A model generated the notes under the pieces. The model did no database searches and had not been told where the DNA came from. It worked only from the letters and a program-made list of their open reading frames with translations. Position numbers and translations under genes: made by a program. Source: Iphione sp. A-MEVVRFRX5 (taxonomy: Eukaryota). From it: a stretch of 64,000 nucleotides of DNA. Position 1 is the first letter of the stretch. The number at the start of each line of letters is the position of its first letter. Positions 52,201-64,000 of the stretch are shown in pieces. The stretch covers positions 100,316,001-100,380,000 of the forward strand of contig OZ320314.1 in the NCBI GenBank assembly GCA_976226885.1. The letters are read 5' to 3'.

Positions 52201-53094
52201 CTCATATTTGAAAATATACTTTGAAAATACCGCAATGGAAAGAAAGAGATCATTACTTAACAGGAAAAGAGCAGTGCATTGTAGATAAGGTGAAATCAGA
52301 GGCAATTACTAAGTGTGAATGTTTATGATGGTGTCGATAAAGTTATCAAAATCTAGTCTGATCTGGTAAGGAATACACCCCCAGCTTACAGGAAACACAT
52401 TGCTCAGACAGTGAAAAATGACTGAAAGAGATGGTCAGCCAGGGTTTGGAGAGTAACGTTTTTACCAATAGTACTGATACCTCAATGAGCGTTATGCTCT
52501 ATGAAGCGAGGCAGTTATTCTGTCAGCGCCTTCAAGATGGTGCTATTCTTTGAAATAGTTAACATGAAGCGATGGTTTTCACTAGTAAGCTTATTTTTTT
52601 TTATAGAGGCAACACCTTCTTACCATTTTTTTCGCCTCTCCAGGCTCTCCTAACCAGCCTCACTCGCTCTCCTTGTTAGCGCTCGCCGTCCGCCGGTCTC
52701 AGCCTAGTGGGTGGACAACGGTTTCTCCACGGGCATGACGTAATTACGTCAGAGGTCGAACAGGGCGTGAGGGATCGCCGGGTGGTGGCGCCTCGATAGC
52801 CAAGTAGCGCCCGGGGACGGTCGGGCGGGAGTGGCGGGCAGGAGGTCGGCCTGGCGACGGTCGATACCCGTGGCCGACTACCTATTACTGGCCCGTCTCT
52901 CGAAAGCTATCGACACGTGCAAGACGTTGATACGGATGTGGGTCTCTGGTCCCCTCAAAGTCAGACCGCACGGTATAGGCCCTCTCCACTTTGTACTGCT
53001 TCTCTATGTTTCTACTTAGTATTACCTCCCCCTTCTTTTCTTTTACTTTCTACGTACACTTTTATTTTTGCTTCGGGACTCGCTGTTCCCTTCA

Positions 53095-53272
53095 AAGTCT
53101 GTCTCTGTCTAAAGAAGCGTGTCTCTCGCTACCTACCGCGTCGTCCTTGTGTTTGCCTGTCTCTTGTTTCTGTCTGTCTGTTTGTCTGTCTATTTGTCTG
53201 TCTGTGTCTGTCTGCTTGTATTTTCCTCACTTTCTCCCTCTCTATCTCTGTCTCTCTCTTTATCTCTTCCTC
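53095..53272. repeat. Imperfect (TCTG)n/(TC)n microsatellite
   Basis: Runs of TGTC/TCTG/TC; explains overlapping low-complexity ORFs 52917-53403. Confidence 0.9.
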
Positions 53273-56200
53273 TAACACACACCATGACTGGATCCGTTTA
53301 TTTTTTCCGCGATAGTCGGAGCGGTTCGCTTATACATCCTCGGGTCGCTACGCTAAAATACCCTCAGGACCTGCCTCAACAAGGCCAAAGTAGGCAGGAA
53401 TAAATATTGTAACGCTGTGCCACGCATCCATATCACTTTACAGAATATGCCAGTAAGCAAACGTTAACACTATGTAATAAATTATCAAGTATGGAAAGAA
53501 TAGATTTCAACATTATTTAAAAGGTTTACAATGATTCACTTAAATGTTAGGGGCAGTTACGAAATAAAAAGAGACTATAATTTCATTACTATACTCAAGC
53601 AGACGACCATTTCAGCATGCTTGTACATGTACGTGATTTTATCCAACGTTACTAACAGTATCCATTGAAGTTATTCTAATATAGAATTTTATTCAGAATG
53701 CTTATGCCAATGCTACAATGCTTATTCATCAGAATCATGAGCTAGATAGGTCAACTGACAGCTCATATATTACGAAAGGCGCGCTTGTCTAAATCGACAC
53801 TACTGACCTTCAGCTGTGCGGACCACTGCCTTAACCATGTATTGCATTCTGCCTTTCACCCGATAATGTAGGTGATTATATGGGTGGAGGTTGTCTATAA
53901 AAGCATCGACCAACTGGCATGGGTGGGGTAGGTAGAATTGATCCCCACGGGGTATTAATTCTCTTGCCCCTGAACCAGGCATTACTGTTTGTATATGCAT
54001 GAAGGCGTAAAGGCTGAAGACATTTGGAGAATTCCTATCAAGTTTGTATTCAGAATTCTTATCAATCCTGTGAACACCCTTTACAGCAATGATTATGTAA
54101 AAAGAGGAAGAAGAATAATCCTTATTTGGGTGACAGTCTGGGAACTAATATGCTATTAATGACACTGGAATTGTGGAACCATCTGTCCGTACCGACGCTA
54201 GGATTCCTTTGAAGTAATATCATCATTATATATCGGAAGCCTTTCAAACTGTATCAGTTGCTAGGCGCATTCAGTGGGAAGCAACTGATAGGCAAACCTG
54301 AACGCCAGGTGTACCAGAAATGATGGGGGCACGATGCCTTGGCCAATGAGGGACTGATCACAAATTGGCATACGCAACCAACCGATGCCATACCCACCCT
54401 TAAAGTGTACTGGTTGGCACAGCCAGCAAAATTTCATACGATCTTAGGTGGAGGATGGCATTGATCAAGGGGCGGTTGGGTGATGGGCAGGATAGATCAA
54501 AAGCTCCGCTTGCCAGCTCCTCTCTACCACCGTCGATACCCCGCGGATACCGACAGCAGCGTGTATCAATTCGCCCCATGAACACGCGTAAACATGCCGT
54601 TACATGAACGGGCAGGGAGGGAGAGGGGGGATGGGGATAGACTCGCTCCCTCAGTAGCACCAGCCTTTGAGACACTTCTGAAGACGCCCAGACAGAGAAG
54701 GAGCGAGGAAAACAGACACAAATGTAGAAGACCACATACGTACTTGATGGGTCTTTGATGTGGACAGTCGCGCGCCGCGAGAAGGTCGCAATCCCGGTCG
54801 TAGAGAAACAATAACCCGCTAAACATTATTCTCGGTTGGCGTTCATGTCTCTCCGAAGACGGTGCGTCTGTTCGTGCGTACTTGATCGAGAACAGAGAGG
54901 ATAGGGTATACGACGACCAGTTCCGACGCTATCCTTTCCAATCACGCAGCCTTTCAATAGGAACATTTACACCCCCTTCTCTCAAGTGTAATTAGCTTTG
55001 GTCGAAGATATCGAGCTGTGGAGCATACCTAATCCAGAGCAACACCAGCTTTGAGTGCGTACGTTTCAGCTTGATCACACTTAAGTGTAATTTGTACACA
55101 GATTAGGGGATATACTGACTGCAGATATTTACATGAAATGGGCGTATATTAGCACGTCTAGGACTCTATGAAAGTATCCCCGGAGAAAATGTGGGAGATA
55201 CTACCTAGTTAAACACAGTTATTTCTTCTACCAGCAATCAATTCTAGTTAATAGCTCGGCCAGTCCAACCGATGCACTTTGAATAATTAACAGGTAATTA
55301 CTTAGTTACCCCACTGAGAAGGCGTCGACCGAGATCTTTATAAGGCTTATTATCCTCGCTGTGCTGTATCCCTAGTGGCTGGCACTCCTCTTGGGAATGC
55401 CAATGAAATAAATTCAAAGGACTGTCTGTGTTTAGCCAAATGGAGCTGTTTTCAGTATTAAGATCTACTTTCTGAAACTGGTAGGACTTGTCGTGGTAGC
55501 GCTTGCATCAATGAACCTTAATACGGTTTCATTCCATTTGATTAAAGCACGATTCGAATAGACCAGCTGAGTAATCGCGTTATTTTGGCGAAATCGCTCC
55601 AGAAAGGACCGAAATCCAACTCGCCGGTGGTTACTGACGGCATCGGCAAAATCGAGGAAATGCTCACCGCCCAAAGTGGATCTCTGTCATTGAAGCTACC
55701 CGGCTGAGATAAAAAAATATTCATTGAAAAACGATGAATAAATGAGAGCAAGCAAAAAGTAAACCCCTCTCATCACGTTCAAATTACATCAATTTATTCT
55801 CCATCCTTCGATAGTGGAAGACTGACTTTGTCTTGAGGGATCGTAGAGTACGGTACGAGAGAGAATTGCTACCGCAAATGACTGCTGCAGGCAATAAACT
55901 CCTGAATAAGAAGCACGGAGAGGTGGGGGGAGGGGGGGCTATGTTAACTAGCCTTGTGTGTGTTTTTTTCCCTTTCTGGTCGGATGAGACCTGAGCGGTA
56001 AATGAAACACCTGATGGGAGTTATCAGGGAGAAGACGGGCCGCGCCAGGGAGGTGTTCCCCGAGCGGGGTTGATTGAAGCTGGCGGTCCGAAGGACGTGG
56101 AGGTAATTACCGTCACCCGCGGTCAAAAGAGGACCCCCTTAATTGGCATCTGCCGAGTTACTGCCGATTGCCCCACGTCTATTCGGCGCCGCTGAGCACC

Positions 56201-57480
56201 TGGGGAACGAGGTAGTTAGAGCAAACAGCGAGGCCCGCCCGCCGCCGCACGACTTTGTCCGGGTTACCTTGGGAGACGCTCGCCTCGAGCGGGTGAGTAG
56301 TATATGTAAAGTAGACGCTTACGCGGGTTAGTGCCAGTCTAGCAAGGGAGCTTCACTAATGGGAAAGTCTCACGTGTTATTCCACCACGAGAGGGAAGCA
56401 TCGGACTTTCCTCCGGAAGAAACATCCCTAGATGATTTTGGTTTTTATACCTGTGATCTGAGCGTGTTGATATGGGCGCCGTTAACGCAAATCAGAGAGT
56501 GGCGAGCACCAATATGAGGCTACTGCAGCACACCTGAGTGTTCCCATCAGAATTCCGGCTCGGTAGAGATTAGTAGACCGTAGCAACAAACCCATCACAA
56601 AGAAAAAGCTTGGACGATTAATCCCAGGTGTGCGCTAATCCAGGTGTAGAACCTCTCTAGGTCTTAGGCATGCATGTTCTCCTCTGTCAGGAGGATTGGC
56701 TCTGACATCAAAACGGCGCCACTTCAAAGGAACTTCGATCAAGGGCTCAGTGCAGAGGTCGGTTCGGCTCGGCAGTAGGCCTAGAGCAGGGCGAACCAAG
56801 GCCTTCCTGATGACATACCTTTCCCTCCCAATAATCAACTGCCATTGGACAGCAGTATAAGATAGAATTAAACCCCTGAAAGCCAGCTGACCTTCGGCGC
56901 CAAGTTCATGCCATGCAAGATAGACATCTCCCACAAACGTTGATTTACTGCGCCATGTAAATGTAGTTATATCTCGTTTTCAAGTGTATAAGTAAGCTGG
57001 AACTGAACAATTCGGTCATAATTACTATACGCATAGAACATATATAATTGTCGTTATAGCGCTTTGGAAATGTCAAAATTAGATTGTAGCTAAATAGATA
57101 TGTAATAACATTTAAATTTGCACTGTCTGGCATTCTAAAGAAACGTTTAATCAAAATCAGAAATATATTTCCTAAATATTGTCATAAGAAATGAGATGTG
57201 CAATTATCATTTCAAATTCCGGATTGCGCGTATCGTCGGTTCATTCGGCATGGAGCAAACTATATTAAAATAACTGTTATTGATGACATATTTTCATACA
57301 GGACCTACACCGACTATTGGTACTGCCATAGGAGATTCAGAGATGGAACTATACATTCTGTCTGGCAATAAAATGTCACTGATTGGTAAATTACATGTAA
57401 GTTCTTTTTTGTTGTTATTTTATTGTGATGTAAAAAATTTCCATCTACCTATAAGTCCCTGCTTGGGGTTGCCCCCAACT

Positions 57481-57533
57481 CTCTCCCTCTCTCTTTCTAT
57501 CTCGCCCGCTATCTGTCCGTCTCTCTCTCTCTG
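57481..57533. repeat. Imperfect (TC)n tract
   Basis: Direct reading. Confidence 0.8.
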
Positions 57534-59004
57534 TATCGAACTTTGTCGCAGAATAAGCCTCCCTCCATGCTTATCAAATGTCAGAATAGCGCCCTAACGG
57601 CTCACTCTTTTTTTCCCTCCAACATCGATGACTGCGAACGACTGCTTGTGTCAGCTTTCCCGCCTGAGGGCAATGTGCTCGCTCTATTCGGCATCAGCTT
57701 TGTATTAATGCCAGTCTGTACCGGCAGACAGTGTGAAGCGGGCAACAATGTCCTTGTAACGTGTCCATCAGGCTTAAGACAGGGAGGAGAGGGGCTTGTA
57801 GAACGTTCACATATGAACGATTCGTCTCCGTGTTCATCAACACTGGCACTTGTCTACGAACTATATCGCAGCAGAAGTGATAGGTACCTTTTCTGGCGGC
57901 ACGACACAATCTTAGGTGGGTATACTTATGGGCGGGCGGGATCCAAACATTTATAAAAAGTGTATTCTTTGTTCCTTTTTCAATCTCCTGTAAGTAGAGG
58001 AGACTATCAAATAAATCTTGCGGAGATTTCCTGCCACTGTCCTAACTGATCTTGAGTGAAGCTCTTACGAAATGACCCCTCCTCCAGAGGCACCGTAGAG
58101 AGTATTGTGACTGAGATTCTGGCAGGAAGCGGACATCATCCCATTATTCAAGCTACAAGAGACCAAGTGCAGAATGAGAACATCTATTATTTTAGACTTT
58201 TGGAAGTTCTACGCACCGGTCCGATCCTTGCCAAGTACAATGGGGATCACGTACTATTAATATTTTCAATGCCTCTCGAAGTAAGATTCATAGATGTCTA
58301 AGAGGGACACCTTTTAGATATTTCCTTGGATTTTACTGATAGATAGTAGCAGATCTACAAAAAGGGCTTGTTGAATTACAATGTAAAAGTTTAAACAAAC
58401 AAAGGAGGAACAAACCAGCTAACCCCAAGAAGGCTGCTATTGAGACAAACTCCCATTCAGGCAAACTGGAGGAGTGTCCACAAAGGCGTTAGGAGGCTAT
58501 CAGTCCTGCAAGGTTGGTGGCGGGTTGGGGGGGCGGGGAAGAGTGGGACTCAACGGGTGATCCAGACATCTCCAGAGGGACCCAACGACCCCGGCATTTT
58601 GTACTCTAAGTGTTTCCCGTCAATATGGGCGAGGGCAAACGGCAGGAAATCAGCCGCTGCTCCCGGCGTGTGCCAGATAAGATAGAGGATCAATGTGCCG
58701 GACCATGACTTTGGTAGTAGCCTAAGAGAAGGGGGGGTCAGCGTGAAGGTCTGCCAAGGGGTCGACTGGTGGCGCTCCTAGAGCCACCAAACCCAACCAG
58801 GCGTCGACAGGCGTCGAACAGCGTCGGTGGAAGGACGCTTTTATCGAGGGGGTGGCCGGAACAGGAAATCAATTTGATCAAGGACCATGCTCGGTGGACA
58901 GCTAGGCTGCAGGACGGGAACCATGCTGAAGCGAAACCAGTAAAATCCCAAGGTGTTCCAATGGACAAAAACCAAGAGGTCCATTGCAGTCTTAGTGGTA
59001 TCGC

Positions 59005-59084
59005 TGTTTCTGCCCCTGTCTCTGCCCCTGTCCCTGTCTCTGCCCCTGTCCCTGTCTCTTTCTCTGCCTCTCTCTATCTCTCGC
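59005..59084. repeat. Short-period repeat (TGCCCC/TGTCCC/TGTCTC 6-mers) grading into (TC)n
   Basis: TCTGCCCCTGTC units repeated; explains SAPV repeats in ORF 58769. Confidence 0.85.
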
Positions 59085-62000
59085 TCGTTACCTGGTATCA
59101 GCACGAACCAGTTGGTATAAAAACGACCGTGCAGGTCGTTGTATGGTCTACGTCAATGAGGGACTAGATACTGGACCCAGTGCCTAGTTGCCATCCTATC
59201 AACCCCCTTCCCATGTCTACCTCCGCCTAAATTGACCGTGTGCAGGCCAGCTGATAGCCTCGTAAAGAGTCCCGTCTTTGACAAAACCAAAGGCCGATGG
59301 CAGGGGTTCTGCAGCCATTCTTGATTCCAAGCAACTCTTGGACCTTGGGATAGTGGGCCGATGTACTCTCTAATGAACAACCGCAGACGGAGTTTGGCAG
59401 TGTTCTGTTGAGAATACGGCAAGCCTTGGGGAACGAAGTCCATGGTTGCCATTCGAGGGCTAGCCTGAGGGTCTACAGTTTGCTCAGCGCGGATACAATT
59501 TGTAGCTCGGTCTTGCCCCCGCTCAGTGAAAAGAGAATCAGCTAAGAGGGAAGCAAGGCAGAGTGAGAACAAGGGTAACGTCTGAAGGCAAACATTTTCT
59601 GCAAGAATTAGGCAAGAATGGAGAGACAGAGGCAACGAATAGAGAGACGGGAAATGTTCAGACCGAAATCTTATGACTATCAAGCAATATGCTATCAAAG
59701 TAGTTTAAAATCATACACCGGGAACCTCCAAACTTAGATTTAGGTAAATCTTGTGTTTGTGTGCTGCTTGTCCATTGTGTGCCTCTGGTATAAATTTTTG
59801 CAAACACATCAATATCAACCTGTTTCCATACATGCATTTGTGTATTTGGGTGCATGTGTATTTGTGTACCGTCCGTTCTCAAACACTGTAAATTGAACAC
59901 AAATGTAAATTATGATAAACACAATCAATCAGTAGGAGGGTAAGTTTAAGTTCAGGCTTCACCTGTCTACGTTTGTGTGTTTGTAGCACAATTCCGCACA
60001 TTTCCCTGCATTTCCACACATTGCTCGACATTTCCACACATTTCATGGGTAAATTTGCAATATTGTACCATTTTCCCTGAGTAATTTGCTAGGTTGTACA
60101 GTTTTTCACGAGCATCTATATCCTCTTTCAACATCTAGATGGAACACACTGACATTAAAATAGCGATCATCCCCCCTATGAGAAGATGTATGAAACTGTG
60201 AATCGTAGCCGTATTTCACGCATTGGACATGCATGTTCTGGAAACCCTCCCTTAGTTTGTAATCGACATATGGCCCGCACAGGGAATACCACCAATGTGT
60301 TCAGATTTACACAGCCCACAGGATGCATTAAGGGGTCGTGACGTCCTCTTGCGCTGAGTCAGCGAGTTTGAATTCGATGAAAAGTGAATGTTCACGGTAT
60401 ATATACAAGTTTTGCGACGATAACATGGGCATGTCGCTGTAGTAGGAGCGTGCCAGTAAGTCTGGGGTCTTCGCGCGGTGACAGACGAACGTGGTGAAGA
60501 TTGGATCAATGTCGCCGACATCTGACAGTGTAACCTGCCACCTTTCTCTCAGGTACGTCCTCCGACAGCGATTCCTTAATAAGGCTGCTAATGGAAAAGA
60601 TAGCGCTTAATGAGTTAGTCTCTCCAATTTCTGCAGACGATGCACGGGGGGCTTCATTCTCTGACGCCTCTGCTACAATGACTACCGAATTACCCCTCAG
60701 ATTAAAAATCCTGAGCACGTTCGAGAATGCCCTGTGGGAGGCTTGCACATAAAGTCCATTAATTGTCGTTCGAAAATGAATATACAATTTGACCGGATCT
60801 ATATATCGTAATCCAGCATATGTCAGACTTCTGAAACTGATTTGCTGATTTGCTGATAAGCTGAAGTCCGTTACGAGGTACTTGCATTGAATAAATGCAT
60901 CAACAATATTGCAGAGAGGCGAGAGGAGCAGGGTCACTTATGGGTTTTGCATTGGTATTCCAGGATTGGTATCCCCCACCCATACACCCCCTTCCACTTC
61001 CCCTGGAGCGGTCTGTACATCTTTCGTCCAGTAAGCCCCTCGATGGGCTGGGCATCAATAACCTCTAGAGTGTGAGGCGGGGAAGTGACCTTGGCGCAAT
61101 AACACAGGCTATCCCTCCCCAGCCATGTTCCGCCTTCCCCTCATCCCACACCCTTTCGCACTAGTTCAACTCCTACCCCTACTGGGCGCCACCACAGCCG
61201 AAGTACTATTCCTCCGGAAGCCGTAGCGCCTGCCGCCCCTCCTCCTCGACCAATTTACAGGCTCAAGTAGCCGGCGGTGATTCAGAGGCCATTACAGCAA
61301 GCCGTGGACATTCTCCCAGCCGCCCATACTCCCGCCTGCCCGTCGCCCAACGGGCCATCTTCCCACCCACCGATACACCACACCTGGAGACAAGCCATGA
61401 TCATGGATGCTATCTACTCCCTCCTCCCAACCACCACTTTCCTTCCCAACAACCATCTCACTTCAACATCAAAGCCGACCACAGGAAGTCCTGCAAACCT
61501 TCCGAAAATCTCCTCTGAATAACCAAGAGTAGAGTAAACCACAGTTATGCTTTGTCATGGACGACAATAAAGCCTCTGTTCGCATGATGGACGAGAGAAT
61601 AAAAGGCAATGTAGATCTCCATCTGAATTAACAAGATGCAGGAATGGTCAGTCGCCTGCAGATGAAACAGAAGAGCCTTGATGGTCGCGGAGAAAAGAAA
61701 CATCCCTTGGGAGGATCATTTTGCGCTCCTCCTTGAGCACCTATAACCACGTGTGACTAGCATGTGTAAATTAGCAATAGGCTTCCTTTATGAAATTCAA
61801 ATCTATGTTCGTTTGTGTTTGTTTGAAAGGTCTTTGGATCTATGAGTGGCCCGTCGGACTGAACATCTTAAAAGTCGCACGTATGGATGTGACCCTTATT
61901 ATTCCTTTATTTTCTATTCATACATTTCCTGTATGTGCTTTGCATATTGGCATTCTTCCCATCGATGTCCCTTCGTCAATTGTCCCTTGGGATGTCCTGC

Positions 62001-64000
62001 AGCGCGGACTTAGGTCACTTAACACAAAAGATACAGTCGAGAAGTACATTGTTTGCTGAAATTTTTAAAGAGTAAAAAAACAAAAAATCTGCAAAACGTT
62101 GTATAGATTACTGTCTGCCTTGAGCATAATATTTACAAATCTGTAAATTTACATTGTGGAGCACAGTCGTAATGACCTGTACCAGTACATAGCAGGCAAA
62201 TGGCGTTTTCAAGCAAATAACAAATTCAATGGAGCACAAAGAAAAATAGTATGTGGTGTGTTTATCTAATGTAGTATAGACTATGTGGAGAAGACTTTTG
62301 TGCTATGCGGCTTGTACCTGACAGCGATGTAACATATCTGGAACAATAAAAACAACTCAATAGGTCTCTCAAGGTATTGACAACTTTATTCCAGAATTAA
62401 GACGGTGAGTCTTGGATCTAATGCTTGCTCAGGTGCAGACCAATGCCAAGCAACTCTTTTTGATCTTATAAGCATACTTTTACATAGAACGCCACAATAC
62501 ATCAATGAAATCAGATGCATGAACTCTAACGTGGGGTCACAAATGTCAAATCACCCTGACCTCCTGGTAAAGGATAATTCCTAGAACCAATGTCATAGGT
62601 TTTTTCATTGCCTTCTATCTATTTGACACGGATCCTGTCCCTAAACATTTTCTCAGCCACTTGCCCTGTCAATAATAGCACTTCCCACCTTATTACTCAC
62701 ACTGTCTTATCCCATCCTCATGTGTACAAAATACTTTGGGCATCCTGGCATATATACTTCTACCTAGAACCATTTGAGACTATTCTATCTTTTTAGAATT
62801 TCTTCCCTTTTATTCAGTGGAACGTAATGGCGTCACATATCCACTATATAATATATTGACCTAGGTGAACACACTGCTTTCGAAAATAAAGTACCAGTGT
62901 GTATCTATGAAGAACGTGTGATATATGAAACCAAGGAAAACACAAATAACATGAAAATGATCTATTGGTATGAAGGTGCTCTGGTTCCCTCCGAAGGTTC
63001 GATATCTCCTCGCTGGGAGGGCCGCGGATTCTGTCAACTGTTGGGGCTCCGGTGACGAGATAGGACGGGTTGACGAGTCGTAGGTGGTCGTAATGAATCA
63101 AGCAGCGGATCTGTCATCGGGCTACCATTCACTCACAGCCTATCGACTCATTCTGAAAAGCGCCCCCGGAACCTTGCAGTACTATCACCGTACACGCCCT
63201 ATTTTCCCTCACTACGCCTGCAAGACCGTCCACCACATCAGGGGGCAGGTCAAGCGGAAGCGGAAAGACGCGATGGTAACGCGGCCAACGTCGATTAGGC
63301 ATAGAATCAGGCTGGGTAAGGTGGCTTTAGCGAGGTATGAAGTATGAGCGGGTGTTGAGTTGTGACGTTGGCTGTAAAAGGGGTCCTTAATGTTTATGTG
63401 AGCGCGCGAATGCGATAATTTCCCGTCAGAAGTGGGAATAGTTAGCTAAGTTGTTCTATTGTTCAAAGGCAACTGGAGGTGCGTGTGGTACCATCTCCTT
63501 CGATGCGGTAACATTTTATGTGAGAGCGATTCAGAGGATGGGATGGCGTGGGCGGAGACTCTTTTAATAGATCCTGGTCGTGGAGTAGTTGTGAAGGGGG
63601 GGGGTTAGAATAGGCAAGGGACAAGGAACTGGTATTCTACATGTTGGGCTCTTCCATCAAATAGAAGAGTGAGGACACACAAGAGGGCTCTCTCTCCCAG
63701 GCATATAGTGGGTGGAGAGTTTACAGAGCATTCAAGCGTTAAGACAGGACATGGGCTGGTAACAAAGCAGAGTGACGGCGTGATATGCCTGAGAGAGGGT
63801 GGTGAAAGAGCGCCAAAGACTGACTACGTAGCAGGAGAGAAATCGGAAGAGGACAGAGGAGGAGAGAGGCGGCAGATGAAGATTAGGGAAGGAGGGATAC
63901 ACGGACAGCTGTTTGGAGAAGGGTGCATAGGAAGATGACGAAGAAATATAGCAAGAATGATGGAGAGGGCGGTTAAGAGTGGGTCTGCGCTTTACTTAAG

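Noticed and set aside
52917-53403. Hydrophobic ORFs suggesting membrane proteins
   Set aside because: Products of TC/TCTG microsatellite translation.

Overview
Eukaryotic (animal, probably a marine invertebrate bilaterian; inference from intron/exon structure and TE content) genomic DNA. No prokaryotic genes, operons or CRISPR arrays. (1) About 4-26 kb is a nested transposon graveyard: a 4.8-kb decayed Sola2-like DDE DNA transposon (4338-9169), a 567-bp TTAA-flanked MITE, a decayed Ngaro/DIRS-class tyrosine-recombinase retrotransposon (about 18.1-23.0 kb) and an RTE LINE fragment. The Sola-like and Ngaro elements each carry a nested ~700-bp CCC...GGG/2-bp-TSD (CACTA/EnSpm-like) non-autonomous element with a central tRNA-like Pol III cassette. 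(2) 32.6-41.4 kb holds five phase-compatible minus-strand exons (551 codons) encoding three tandem six-Cys PLAC-like modules, a ~290-aa Ser/Thr-rich stalk, an acidic Ser-Gly motif, a His/Gly tract and a GPI-anchor-like C-terminus; an L2/CR1 LINE 3' fragment sits in one intron. The gene's 5' exons were not identified. (3) About 42-64 kb is CpG-rich, motif-dense, apparently non-coding sequence with microsatellites and only weak exon candidates. Best candidates for something undescribed: the tRNA-cassette MITE family, the membrane-tethered tandem-PLAC mucin/proteoglycan architecture, and a pre-miRNA-like hairpin at 31.3 kb resembling miR-10/miR-125. Most ORFs in the supplied track are not supported as genes.
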